A stretch of 64,000 bases of DNA from Malacoraja senta (lineage: Eukaryota). The DNA lies in NCBI GenBank assembly GCA_038087875.1, contig CM075977.1, positions 243,102,001-243,166,000 of the forward strand. The letters are read 5' to 3'. Below are positions 49,686-62,639 of this stretch, in pieces. Both the position numbers and the translations under genes were made by a program. Under the pieces are notes generated by a model. The model ran no database searches. It saw only the letters and a program-made list of their open reading frames with translations, and had not been told where the DNA came from. Position 1 is the stretch's first letter, and every line of letters starts with the position of its first letter.

Positions 49686-50504
49686 CTCCAGGATGTTGCC
49701 TGGATTGGAAAACTTCAGTTATCAGGAGAGATTGTATAGGCTGGACTTGCTTTCCCTGGAATGAAGAAGGCTGAGATGTGATTTTTTAGAAGTATATTAG
49801 ATAATAAGGTGTATCAACGAGATACGTAGTCAACATTTTTAGCCCATGGTAGGGGGGGAAAAAACAAGAGAGCACAGAGAGGGAAGAAATTTAAAGGGGA
49901 TCTGAGGTGGGGTATTTTTTACACAGAGAGTGGTGATACCTGGAACATGCTACCAAAGGAGATAGTGGAATCAAGCTGAATTACTGCGTGCAAATCCTAT
50001 GTCATTTAAGTAGGAAATCAGAGAGGGATATGGTTCTAATGTGGACATATGTGCTTAGTGCATACTGACAAAACATGTAGACATGCTAGTCTATGAGCAT
50101 GTGATCAATAGCATTTGGCACTCCCACCTCCGTACCCCACATGATCGCTACTTCCTAAAGTAAGCTGAATTATTTATTTTGGATGTTTTTGCTGTTCTGT
50201 TTGGACTGAATGTTTTCCATTGGTTGAAAGTTTTGATATTCTGCAGTATCTGATATCTCTTTACGTGTTAGGTTTGACTGACTACAACGTGTTAGGATTG
50301 ACTACAATCCCAGCGTCAGTCCTTAGTATTGCCAGTAGATACCTTGACATGATTGTTTCTGTCTGACATAATCAATGTGCACCCATTAGGAAGTCACATT
50401 TTCTAAGTTTTTGATCTTCCTAAAATACCTGTTGAAAATATCTTCAAAACGGAAAGACTGTGGGTTAGTGAGTTGTTAATTGTGGTTGGTGTAATGTCTA
50501 TGTT

Positions 50505-50957
50505 TACTAGAATGATTTCTGGATTAGGGTGTATTAGCTGCAGGAGAGGTTAGACAGACTTGGATTGTTTTTCCTGGAACACCAAAGGTTGAGGGGAGAA
50601 TTGATAGAAGTATATAAAATGATGTGAGGCCTGGATAGTGCAGACAGTCATAACTTTTCTCCCAGGATGGAATTGTCAAATACTAGAGGGCATAGGTTTA
50701 AGCTGAACGGGGCAAGTTTTAAGGAGGTGCGCAGGGCAAGTTTTCTTACATATAGGATGGTGAGTGCCTAAGGGTGGTGGTGGTAGTGGCCAAAACGATA
50801 GTGACATTTAAGCCTTTTTGAGATAGGCACATAGATATGTATGATGGAGTAATATGGATCATGTGCAGGCAAATAACAGTTGGGTTTGACATATTCAACA
50901 CAGACATTTGGGGCAAATGGGCGTGTTCCTCTGCTGTACTGTTCTATGGTCTATGTT
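50505..50957 (+). mobile_element. CR1 LINE 3' fragment
   Basis: GGTTAGACAGACTTGGATTGTTT...GATAGAAGTATATAAAAT with TTCTATG tail. Confidence 0.85.
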
Positions 50958-51021
50958 TGATCCTCCATGTACAACGGATTTGAATAAAAATAATTACTGA
51001 GTAATTGTATGTGATGGCACA

Positions 51022-51097
51022 TTGAATGTATGCTCTTTGTTCCATTAAATTAAGATGTTTGAATGTATGCTCTTTGTTCCATTAAATTAAGATGTTT
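51022..51097. repeat. 37-bp tandem duplication
   Basis: TTGAATGTATGCTCTTTGTTCCATTAAATTAAGATGT occurs twice. Confidence 0.95.
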
Positions 51098-51499
51098 CAC
51101 CTTGAACATCACAGAAGCATCCTTTCTCTTTGTAAATACGAGAATTATAGAAATGTCTTGCATGTTGTGGATTTTCTGATAAATTACAGATACTGTACAT
51201 TTGACATGTCCCTGTATAGGTACCACCATTCAGCATTACCATGTATGCACTCCATCTTACTGACTGCATTGTGGCAGCATGTTGCCGACTACATGTTGTC
51301 ACTGAATTCCTCATGCTGGGAAATCTGCCTGTTGAACCTGCACTTGGTTGGACCAGACACAAGAAGGGCACATCCATGCATGTGAGTGAAGTGGTTGCCA
51401 AAGCAGCATTAAATGTTTTTTGCATTTTATGTAGTAATTGAGTTTTCTGATATGTTTTAAACTGCATCAAAATATCAAAAAGGGTTTGTGCTCTGGGTT

Positions 51500-52570
51500 T
51501 AATTTAGAGATACAGTGTGTCCTTCGGCCCAACGAGTCTGCTTACCATTGATCATCCATGCACACTAGCTCTATGCTATCTAACTTTCCATCAACTCAAT
51601 ACACACGAGAAGCATTTACAGTGGCCAATTAACCTGTGAACCTGCGTGACTTTGGGATACGGGAGAAAACCGGAGCATTTGGAGGAAACCCACGCGGTCA
51701 CAGGGAGAACGTGCAAACTCCGTACGGCCAATATCCGAATCCAAGCGTTACATTGTTACAATTGAAACTGGGTTATAACATGCAACTATTCATGCCATCT
51801 AAATCAGATGACTCAACTACTTCATGCACTTCAGTTCAGTTTAGTTTATTGTCACGTTTACCAAGGTACAGTGAAAAGCTTTTGTTGCATGATAACCAGC
51901 CAGCGGAAATACAACACATGATTGCAATCGAGCCATTCACAGTGTACAGATACAGTACATAATAGGCAATAGCTTTTAGTGCAAGGTAAAGCCAGTAAAG
52001 TCTGATCAAAGATAGTCCGAGGGTCACCAAAGAGGTAGATAGTAGTTCAGCACTGCTCTTTGGTTGTGGTAGGATAGTTCAGTTGCCTGATAACAGCTGG
52101 GAAGAAGCTGTCCCTAAATTTGGAGGTGTGTGTTTTCACATTTCTATACCTTTTGCCCATTGTGAGAGGGAAGAAGAGGGGGTGGCCAGGGTACAACTCA
52201 TCCTTGATTATGCTGCTGCCCTTGCCGAGGCAGCGTGAGGTATAATTGGAGGCAATAGAAGGGAGCTGCAAATTTGTGTGGTCTTGGATGGAACTGTTCC
52301 CAAACCAAGCTGTGATGCATCCCAATAAAATGCTTACTACGGCACATCTATAGAATCTGGTGAGAATTGTTGGGAGCATGCCAAACTTCCTAAGCCTTCA
52401 TAGGAAGTAGAGGCTATGGTGTGCTTTCTTGGTCCATGCTTCGATATGGGTGGTCCAGAAGAAGTAGTTGGTAATATTGCATGCTATAACCCAATTTCAA
52501 TTGTAACAATATAACACCATGTCTCTGGCGCTGTGAGTCAGCATGTCTACCAGTTTTGCCACTGTGCTGC
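51500..52570 (-). mobile_element. tRNA-SINE split by an inverted-repeat-bounded insert (51747-52515)
   Basis: SINE body at 51500-51745 and tRNA head at 52520-52570. Confidence 0.75.
51830..52476 (-). mobile_element. Rex1/Babar-type LINE 3' fragment
   Basis: ORF 52047-52379 ILTRFYRCAVVSILLGCITAWFG...FRDSFFPAVIRQLN. Tail (AAACT/GAACT). Confidence 0.88.
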
Positions 52571-52709
52571 TTTTTTTGAGAAGATTTAATAATTGCATGC
52601 TTTCAAACAAATTTTCAACCTCTTTGTCTGTGCACTTATTCTGCCATTCCCACCATGTGTCTGTAGTCAGGCCAGGCCTAGCTAATAATAATCAGGGTGG
52701 ATTCAGTTA

Positions 52710-53427
52710 CATAGCTTCAGTTTTTTTTTAAAGCATTTTTTTTAAAGAATAAAGATAAAGAAAGAAAAAGATGAGTGAAACTAATAGAGAAAAAAAGGAG
52801 ATGCAAAAGGAAACTACCAATAACAAGATTGTGGAGATAGATCCAGGAAATGTTGAGTATAACTATTCATCCAATCCCAAACTCAGGTTTCAACCCTGAT
52901 TTTGTGTTAAACCAATTCACTTTTTCAAAATTCAATAAATGGAGACCAAATTCTAACAAATAATTCTGTTTTGTCAATTAAGACAAATCTTATTTTTTCC
53001 AAATGCAAGGTCTCAGTCATATATGTAATCCACATTTTAAATGTGGGGGCTGCTGGTTTTTTCCAAAATGTTAGTATTAATTTTTTCGCAGTTATTAGAC
53101 TGTAATCAAGAAATTGTCTCTGACTTATCATAAAGTTTGTACTATGTTCTGATAATCCTAATATTATTAATTTTGGCTCTGGGTCCAGTTGGATATTGAT
53201 AACTTCAGAAATAATTTTTAAAATGTCCACCCAAAGATTTTGAATTTTTATACAAGTTACAAAAGTATGCGTTAAGTTGGCTTCTTGAAATTGACATCTA
53301 TCACAGAGAGGGGAAATATTTGGAAAAATCCTATGTGAAAAAAGCTATGTAAGAAATCTGTAATTTAATTGTCGCTTACTATTATTTGTATACATGCTTC
53401 TAATAAAAAAAAAAAATTAAAAAAAAA
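52710..53427 (+). mobile_element. L1 insertion with 5' inversion (twin priming) and 16-bp TSD
   Basis: The ORF2 C-terminus is on the minus strand (52925-53335), followed by a plus-strand 3' end with poly(A). TSD AGG(G/A)TGGATTCAGTTA at 52694-52709 and 53428-53443. Confidence 0.85.
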
Positions 53428-53479
53428 AGGATGGATTCAGTTAGTTTAATTAACTCCAGAGAAACCAAGAAGTTAAGAC

Positions 53480-54940
53480 TTTATACTAAAATAGGTGGTA
53501 TTGTAGATAATAACAAAGGTTTTCAAAAATTACAGCGGGATCTTGATCAGCTAGGCAAGTGGGAAATTTGATAGCAAATGGCATTCAATTAAGGTAAATG
53601 TTAGTTGTCACATTTTGGGAAGTCAAAGCAGGGTAAGACTTTTCCAGAGAATGGTAGGGCCCTGGGGAGTGTTGCAGAATACAGGGACTGAGGAGTACAG
53701 GTACATAGGTCCCTGAAAATTGTGACAAAAAGGTAATCAGGGTTGTGAAGAAGGTGCTTGGCACTTTGGCCTTCATCAGTGAGGCAATGAGTATAGAGTT
53801 GGGATGTTATGTTGCAATTGAATAAGACGTTGGTGAGGCTGCAACTGGGACATTGAGTACAAATGTGCTTACCCCATAAAGGAAAAATAATTAATCTGGA
53901 AAGAATGCATAAAAAATTGACAACAATGCTATCATGATTTGAGAACCTGAATTGTAGCGAGAGGTTGGGCTGGCTTGAGCCTAATGGGCCTGTCCCACTT
54001 AGGCGATATTTCAGCGGACTGCCGGGAACTGGAACGGCGACTGTCAGAGTGGAACACACACACACACACACACACATCCTAAAGGCGGGGGCCAGGGCAA
54101 GTGGGGGAGCACTGTCTAAAAGATTCCCACAGTGCAAGGCCAAGGAGATACAGGCACACACCGCGATGAACAGGAAGGTTGGCGCTGCAATTAAGACGGC
54201 TAAAGCACAGTACGGTAAGTCCTTTAAAAGAGGGGGGGAGAAGGGGGGAGAAGGAGGGAGAAGGAGTAGAGACAACTTTTAAGAAGCTAGAGGTACACAG
54301 CTGTGAAGTTCGGCGGACATTTAACATTACCGGTCGGTTCCTTGGTTCTGAAAACTACTGCTTACCTTTTTTTCCCCCCAATGAGCTGATGAAATTCACC
54401 GGTCAGCACCGGCACCAACCTACGAGAACCTTAGAGAACCTTCGACCTCCTGCAACCCATTAGGACCTCCTTGCGACCCACCTACTGCTCGAGAATTCTC
54501 GCTAAAATCCATGGCGGCTTCATTCTAGTCGCCGCTAATTTTTCAACATGTTGAAAAATTCTCGGCGACCATAATGAGGCCGCGACCAGTTCCCAAAATG
54601 TGGGAACTCCTCACGACCATGAAGGCGACTCCCCAACAACTACCCGCGAGCATGTGGCGACCATGTGGCGACTGCAAAGTCACCTAAAATGTCGCCTAAG
54701 TGGGACATGCCCATTATTCCATAGAGCTGGGAACACTGAGCTCATGAGGAGGTAGGTAAGTGAGTGCACAATCTTTTCCCCAGGCTAGTGGAATTGTGAA
54801 CTACAGGACATGCGTTTAAGGCAAAAGGGGAAAGATTTAAAAAGGAGCTCAAAAGGGCAGCTTTTTCCACACAGTGTGGTGCATATACGGAACAAGCTGC
54901 CAGATAAAACTGTTGATGCAGATACAACAGCAACAAGTAT
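53480..54940 (+). mobile_element. CR1 fragment split by a TIR element
   Basis: CR1 ORF2 remnants on both sides of 53983-54714. Confidence 0.75.
53983..54714 (-). mobile_element. Non-autonomous TIR DNA transposon, TA-flanked (same family as 14549-15339)
   Basis: TIR ATGGGCCTGTCCCACTTAGGCGA / TCGCCTAAGTGGGACATGCCCAT. Confidence 0.9.
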
Positions 54941-55173
54941 AAGTTCATAAGTCATAGGAGCAGAATTAGGCCATTCAGGCCATCTAGTCAACTCCACCAT
55001 TCAATCCCTCTCAACCTCATTCTCCTGCTTTCTCCCCATAACCTTTGACACTCTTACTAATCACCTCTCAATGTCTGCTGTGAAAATGCCCAATGACTTG
55101 GCCTCCAGAGCCATCTATGGCAATGAATTCCACAGATTCACTACCCTCTGACTAAAGACGAAATTCCTCCTTA

Positions 55174-56137
55174 TCTATCTACTTATAAAACTCTCATTTT
55201 GTCCTCTTCTGGTTTGCGTTGTTTTTTAATTTACGCAAAAACGGTACCCGATAGCGCTACAATTTTCGCCACCTTACTCGCCATTCCCCTGTGCTGCAAG
55301 TGCATCAAGTTGTATTCTGATCGGTGAAATATTACAAATGTTATTGGTCTGTCATTCGCCGGGGTGGCGACGCCCCTTCCAGCACCCGTTGTCAGTCACC
55401 GGTGGCGAGAATAAAGTTGAAGGAGCGGAGTGTGGACAGGGGCTGCGTTTGCGGGCGGCGTTCGGTGTCTGCGTTCGCCGATGACCTCAGCCGGGGCTGG
55501 GAGCCGCTGAGTGCGACAGGCATCGGGACGGGAGCCATTGAGTGAGTCCGGAGCCGGGTCCTGGAGCCGGTGAGTGCAGTTAGAGCTGGGGCCGGGAGTC
55601 GCTGAGCCCACACCCCCCTTCCCCCACCCCTCCCCCCCCTACCACACACACCCCTCCCCCACACACTCCCCCCTCCCCCACACACACTCCCCCTCACTGC
55701 CCCACCCCCACAACCCCCTCCACAACACCCCCCCTTCCCCACACACCCCTCCCCCACACCCCACCCCCCCTCACACACACCCTCCCCCATACCCCCTCCC
55801 CCCACACACACCCTCCCCCCCCACACCCCCTCCCCACACACCCCCCACACCCCTGCCCCACACCTCTCCCCTCCACCCTCCCCTCTCCTCCACCACCCCC
55901 ACCCTCACCTACCCCCCTCCCCCCCACCAGCCCCCACAGACCTCCGCCTGAAGCCGTCCCCTCCCCTGCCTGCAGGTTGCTCCCCACCTAAAGCCGTCCC
56001 CGTCACCCAGCTACAGAACGCTCCCGCCGTTGTGTTGGGGGAACAGATGAGTGGTGGAATATTGCATTGGGGAATGGGTTGCATTGGGGGACCAGGCTAC
56101 CGTGTGACTGGGACCCAACGGGTGCCACTTAGTCTAG
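55174..56137 (+). mobile_element. Non-autonomous Helitron
   Basis: 5' TC after host A, 3' CTAG before host T, no TSD, subterminal hairpin TGGGACCC-AAC-GGGTGCCA (56109-56127). Confidence 0.9.
55605..55940. repeat. C-rich (CCCCACACA-like) low-complexity tract inside the Helitron
   Basis: Directly visible. Confidence 0.95.
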
Positions 56138-58357
56138 TCTTTCTAAATGGACATCCTTTTATTCTGAGGCTGTGCCCTGTTGTCCCTGATTTACCAACTT
56201 GTGGGAACATGCTCTCCACATCCTCTCTATGCAGAGAGACATTTATGATACATTTGGAAACGTACAGGGATCGGAAAGGTTCAAAAGAATATGTACCAAA
56301 AGCGGACAAATGGGATTAAAGTACATGGGCATCTTGATCAGCATGGACAAGTTGGGCTAAAGGCCTGTTTCTGTGCTGTGTTACTTTATAATTCCATGAA
56401 GGTACTTTCCATAGACTCCAGTGAGAAATTCAATGCGCATAAAATTGTAGAGTATTACCTTATTGTCTTGATCTGTACTTAATATATTAATTTCACTGAT
56501 TGCTGAGTCCAGATACAGTTAAGAGTTGCTGGCTTTGGCATCAACAAGCTGGCATGCCTAACCTAACCACACAACACATTTTGGCATATGTGTAGACTAC
56601 ATTGTATTGCAACTTGTGCAAATGAAAATGTGGAGGGGAAATAACACACTGAATACTGCTGCTATATTTACATTACAGGAGGTATCAGATGTGAAGGTTG
56701 ACACCATTTCTATTTCTGAAAATGAATGAACAATATTAGATTTGTACTGGAAGTAATACCTTACTTCTAATATTAGCTGCAGTCGCTTCTGTGAAACAAA
56801 CAGTTTGTGAAAAAACCCCATTAATTGTGTGATTGCTTCTAAACATCATTTAGCTAAAAGTTAAATATTTCAAAAAATAAACTTCAGATTAACCTTATGG
56901 AATTAGTTGAACATGATTAGCCAAATAAAAGTTGCTGCAAGGGATGATGATGTTTTCATAAATTGCTTTCAGATATTACGTCTAAATGGCTAGAAATGGA
57001 AATCTAAAGACATACATTAATAGCAGAAGGTGAGAACATTCAAATTTAATTCTAATTCAGCAGACATCTTTGTCAATGCTGCTGAGACTGGTTAATATAA
57101 AATATTCATTTACAGAGGACAGATCAGTGATTGAGTGCATTTAAATTGGTATTGATGCTTTCAATGATTTAATTTCCATTGAATCATCCCAATTAACAGG
57201 CTTGAATTGTACTTGTAACAACATTGTGACCTACTTTTTTTTACCAGACATAGTTAAAGGGGCAAAACTCCATTTAATCCAAATAACTTTGCCAACCAGT
57301 TTGATTCATGTTCTAGACAAATGTTGTGCATTCACCTCCTTTCCACCATAGTTGTAAGCCACATCCCTCCAGCAATTATACATTCTTGTCTAATGATTTG
57401 ATCAGTGCATGACATTCCATTTTTTAAATAATGAACTCATATGGGTTTATTCTGGCAATGTACATGATTTCAACAATCATTAACAAGATGGTTTCTTTTC
57501 TTTCAGGTCGATCACCTTTTGTTAGAGCTGGAAGCCACGTATGTACATCTCAATAGTCCAGGGAAATGGAATGGTTTGGAATGGTATGAGGGGGAATGAG
57601 AAGGGTTTGTGAGGAAGTAGATGAGAGGAGATAATGAGTTTACAGAAATAATCCTGGTGTAACAGAAGGAGGTAATAATGAGAGAAAGTGATGAAATAAA
57701 GATGCATCTGTGACCCAATTGTTCATCTGCAACATCTCCCAGATCCAATGAAAGATCTGAATTGTAAATTCTACTTCTTTGCTCTACTGATGCTTTCTGA
57801 CCTGATCTGTATTTCCAAGCATTTTCTATCTGAAGTTCACGAAACAATCTTTTCACTTGTGTTATGTTGTTCTTTTGTTTTTCCCCCAAATTTAGAGATG
57901 ACTTTTTGTAAATTAGCCTCAAAGAACAATCATGTTGATATGTTATTATCCTTTCACCAAATGGGATAATCATCTTTACATTACTTTCAAACATTCATAA
58001 GCAGTTACAAACAGCTTCTACAACTTTTAAAGTTGACATTTGCAGAATATTTCTTCCAATTTCCACCGTTATCAAGTTATTGTTAGTGGGGACTATGAAT
58101 CTCAGCCTCTGGAAGTTGGTGGGGAAGTTGGATTTTGGTTGTCAAAGAACAAAAATGGTGGAGGTTACAATGTGTAAATTGGAGGAAATGAGTGGAAATA
58201 AGGTAGATGCATTTATGAATAAGCTGCCAGAGAAAGTATTTGGCACAGGTACAATAACAATGTTTAAAAGACATTAGACAGTTACAAGGATAGGAAATAT
58301 TTAGAGGGATATGGGCCAAATATGGGCAAATAGGACTTGCTTACATGGAGATCTTGA

Positions 58358-58495
58358 TGTTTAAGAAAGAACTACAGAAGGTAGGCAAAAATGCTGGAGA
58401 AACTCAGCGGGTGAGGCAGCATCTATGGAGCGAATGAATAGGCGACGTTTCGCGTCAAGACCCTTCTTCAGACTGAGCGAAGGAATAGGCGACAT
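58358..58495 (-). mobile_element. Penelope-derived short element with hammerhead motif
   Basis: GACGTTTCGCGTCAAGACCCTTCTTCAGAC at about 58444-58473. Confidence 0.85.
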
Positions 58496-60334
58496 ACAGG
58501 GGCCCCACAGGGGATGGTCCTCTCTCCCTTCCTGTTCACAATCTACTCCTCTCCAATCTTTGCACATCCCCAATCCTTTCCACTCGTCAGTCTAATTTCA
58601 TGTTTCATGTAATTATGCAGATCAATAAAGATGTATCCTATCGTATCATATCATATTGTAGGAAAGACAGAGCATACTGAGATCTTAACACTGAAAAATA
58701 AAAGGCTTAATTTTGATATAATGAATGACTTTAATAGGGTGAACATTGAGAAGGTATTTATTCTTCTATGAGCAGCCACATCTAAATGTCATGAACATTG
58801 AAAGTTAAGAATAAATCAAATCGGAAATGCACCCTGAACTTCGGTAATTAGATTATTGTGCTTGCTATCACAACAGACAGTTGCAGTGAAATATTTTCAA
58901 AGTTGTATAAGGGAAAGCTTGATAAATATGAAGAAGAAATGTATAGAAGGTGAAGGTGATAGGGGTAGATGTGGGGATAGTAAACTGTTTGTTTATAGTG
59001 CAAATGACGACTGGGACCAGATGGGCCAAATGGTCTGTTTCTGCTCTGTATATGCTCAACATCTGTATTTGAAAATAGTCATTGAAGGGGATTGTGAAAG
59101 TGGAAAAATATTTTTCACATCTGGCATGAGTTTTGATGGTATTAGATGTGAATTTTGTGTCCAGCACTTGGTAAAAGAATGGTGTTGGGGAATATTAAAT
59201 TTATGATGTTCATTAAAAAAGGTATTGGATAACAGACTGAAAAAAACTTTCTCGGTTGAGGTAAAGCGAATGTGAAAGTAGGTGGTCGATAACATCAAGG
59301 ATCTGGCAAAGAAGGAAGTGTCAGAACTTTCAATCTTTAGAACTTGTTTGAAGAAAGTCTTTAAAGACTGGCATTCCATCTGCTTGAGATGAGATAAAGT
59401 TCTCCAACACAGAGAAATGTATGTGTTATCAGCAGTCATTGACAGCAGAATATTATCATGGCAAAGACAAGCAATACATTGAAGCATGCAGTTTGGATGA
59501 AGGGAGGGTGAAGGGAAGATGAAGTTCCCTTTAGAAAGATCCTCTGCTGCTTCTGAAAGCTCATGACATAGAGGGGGGAGTAATAGTTTGGGCATGTGCG
59601 CCAAGCATGACGATGTGAAAGTAAGGTGGAGGAATTTGATCTGAAGTCAGTGATGGTGTATAAAATCCTCACCTAAAAATACTAGTTCAAAGTTCATGTG
59701 TACTGTGTGGTGGAACTTTGATGAAAAATCTTTTGTTCAATAAAACTGTAACATCACAAGGATATTGAGAATGTAACTTTCCTTCCAGATCCTCCGTAAT
59801 TTGACATGACAACACATAGCAGTAGCAGGTCTTGTACTGTGATATTGGATGGCATGCAATCAATATCAGGATCACAGTTCAACGAAAATTCTATGGCGGG
59901 TGCCTGGCCCTTAGTAAAATTGACCAGAAGCAAGCTTTTGCAACACTACAAGACACTAAAGGGGATCTACCTGGAAGATTACGAGCTATTCTAACCCAAT
60001 GGTGGCCAGTGTTGAGAAACAGATTCGAGTAAGTACACTTTAAGCTAAAAAGACTACCAAAACAGATTTCTGCAAGCTGCCCAAACCCTCTCCCTCATAT
60101 CATAATCCCTCATCTTTCAATCACAAAACTGACCACCACTCAACTGCGAATCTGCTGGATGGATGGTGACTGACTCTGAGGTCCTGATTCCAGTCTGACT
60201 AATGCCCTGCCCTTCTGCAACCACACTCAGCAACTTCCCTCTTTCCCCACCGCACCACCCTGAACTCTCCACACCACTTCACCACCATGCTTTATGTGCC
60301 ACTGAGTTTTGCATTGACAGAAGCAAAAAAAATA

Positions 60335-61160
60335 ATTGGCCCACCACAGAAACTGAACTGGAGTAGCTATATACACAAAGTGGCTACAAGAACAGGGCAG
60401 AGGGCGAGGAATCCTGAGCCGATTACCTCAATTCCTAACTCCCTTCTCCACCATTTACAAGCCTTAAGTCAGAAGTGTGTTGGAATACACTCCACTTACC
60501 TGGATGAGTGCACTCCACCAATAGAATATAGGGAAGTACAGCATAGGAATGAGCCCTTCGGCCCACAATGTTTGTGCCAAATATGAAGCCCAGTTAAACT
60601 GATCTTATCTGCCTGTGTATAATTAATATCACCCTATTCCCTGCACATCCAAGTACCTGTCTAAAAGCCTCTTACACGACTCCACCACCAGTCCTGACAG
60701 TGCGTTCCAGGCCCAACACTGAAGACGCTTGACACCACACAGGACATACCAGGCCACTAGATAGGCATCCCATCCACAACCACTCCACTATCGACATATT
60801 AGCTCCAGTTTCTGCCATCAACAGGATGCACTGCCGCAACTCACCAAGATTCCTCAGAAACAGTCTTACAAACCCATGACCTCTACCAGCTAGAAGGACA
60901 GGAGCAGCAAAAGCATGGGACCACTACCTCCTGGAAATTGCTCTCCAAGCTGCTCATCATTCTGATTTGGAAACATATTGCTGTTCTTTCACTGTTGCTG
61001 GGTTAAAATCCTGGAACTTCTTCTCCAGCTGCATTGTGGATTGAGCCACACTTCAAGGATTTCAGCAGTTCAAGAAGGCAGTTCAGCACCTTCTTCCCAA
61101 GAGTAATTAGGTCTGGGCAATTCAATGCTGACACAGCCACCAAAGCCACATCCCTTGACT
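60335..61160 (+). mobile_element. Old CR1-clade LINE 3' fragment with a nested minus-strand CR1 tail
   Basis: CAGAAACTGAACTGGA...GGAATACACTCCACTTACCTGGATGAG...CAGTTCAAGAAGGCAG. Confidence 0.65.
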
Positions 61161-62639
61161 GAATTAAAAAAAAACATCTCCCATTTAATATACCGTTGGT
61201 CTTGATTGGAACTAAATAATGAAGCCTGCAAAAATGACTTCAGTAAATAACAGAAGAAAACAAATGGTATAAATGCATGTGAGAGCGCTAGCCTCTTATC
61301 TTGAATGTTCATAATAGGGTTCTTTAAACTCAGAAAGCCAACCAAACCCAGCAATGTATACAACCATTCCCCTCCAAGAGAAAACATCACTTTTTGAAGG
61401 CAGAGTACATTTAGTTTTCCTGTTATCCATGTTTTTCCATTTAACTTTGCCATCTGAAAAAAGGTGAATGATATTATATTTCACTGTCATAAACGGTTTT
61501 CATATATAAGGTGTATTAGCTGCATTAAACTTAATAATCATAGCATTTCCAGAAGACTTCATGGTTATGAGCATTCCATCTATAATACAGCATATTCCCT
61601 CTCAAGTAATATAAGGAAGAAGGTATTCATCATGCACAATGCAGTTAAAGACTTCCTTGAGGCTTTCAATTACATTCACAATAAGTCTATTTCACTTTTT
61701 CATCTTTTAATTTTAGACTCTATGTCAGCCAGAACAATTGACCTGCTTAGAATAATCAGTCTGTTTGGCGGAGAAGCAAGCTCCAAGAGTTGCAGCTAAC
61801 AAGCACTGCCATCCTTTGCATTTCTGATTTATTATGTTTTTATCAAATGAGGTAGAAACAATTTAATTTGCATAGAACACAGCTGTTAACAGAGCAATAA
61901 TGAGTATGCTATACTTGTTTGGCATTTCCCATAATTCTTTTTAATAGCTTAAATGCTTAAAAAATCCCAATAGTCAGGAATTACAATATACATAAATAGA
62001 GTAATAAACATTTTAATTTTTTTTTAAAAATAGCCTGTTTAGCTTTTCACTTTGATTCTGAAAGGTGATGGATGATGAGAGGTTTATCTATTAGAACACT
62101 GATAATACCCCACATCAGTTTTTGCAGGTATAAATTACCTTTAAAGTAATGATTCATTATCAAAACAATCTGTCGTTTCTAATGTAGTTTGTCTGAGGTA
62201 AGCACACTTTTCTGAATTAGATTTAAGAAGAACTCTTTTAATCCATCAAGTATATTGTTTGTGCGATCATTTTAAGTAAGGTGGCAAGCATTGCGGCAAA
62301 CATTGGCTTCACAGCCACTAGCTCAGAAATGGTAACACCCAGGTAACCAGCTATTGTCTGGTTGCAATGGAAAACTACAAATCTCTGCAATGCCAGAGGT
62401 TGTAAAATACTGTAAGAACCAAGTACTGTAATGAGTAATTAAAAAATGAACTTATGCAAGGAAACTTGCCTTAAAGGAAGGACAATCCATTTTTTTTACA
62501 TAATATAAATTGGATAGAATTTATCTTTGAAGAACACATTCATTAAGAGACAAATAATATTCTCATGATAGAAGGCTATAAGTATATATGTTGGATATAG
62601 CTCAACAAATGGGGCCATAGAACATAGAACAGAGAAGTA

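Larger units (their letters stand above)
42460..50100 (+). mobile_element. Old CR1 LINE fragmented by nested insertions (DIRS D, solo LTR, SINE-LINE chimera)
   Basis: CR1 ORF2 remnants at 42460-42806, 47671-47750, 48512-48838 and 49688-50100, colinear. Confidence 0.7.
54940..56235 (-). mobile_element. CR1 3' fragment split by a Helitron
   Basis: GAAATTCCTCCTTA joined to TCTTTCTAAATGG restores the reverse-complement CR1 sequence. Confidence 0.8.

Noticed and set aside
53601-54327. Long ORFs across the TIR element as a transposase
   Set aside because: No DDE motifs; they include translated (TG)n and antisense CR1.
55392-55987. Pro/His-rich and Gly-rich ORFs
   Set aside because: They arise from the C-rich low-complexity tract in the Helitron.
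59056-59604. 182-aa minus-strand ORF as a host exon
   Set aside because: No recognisable domain or convincing splice context.
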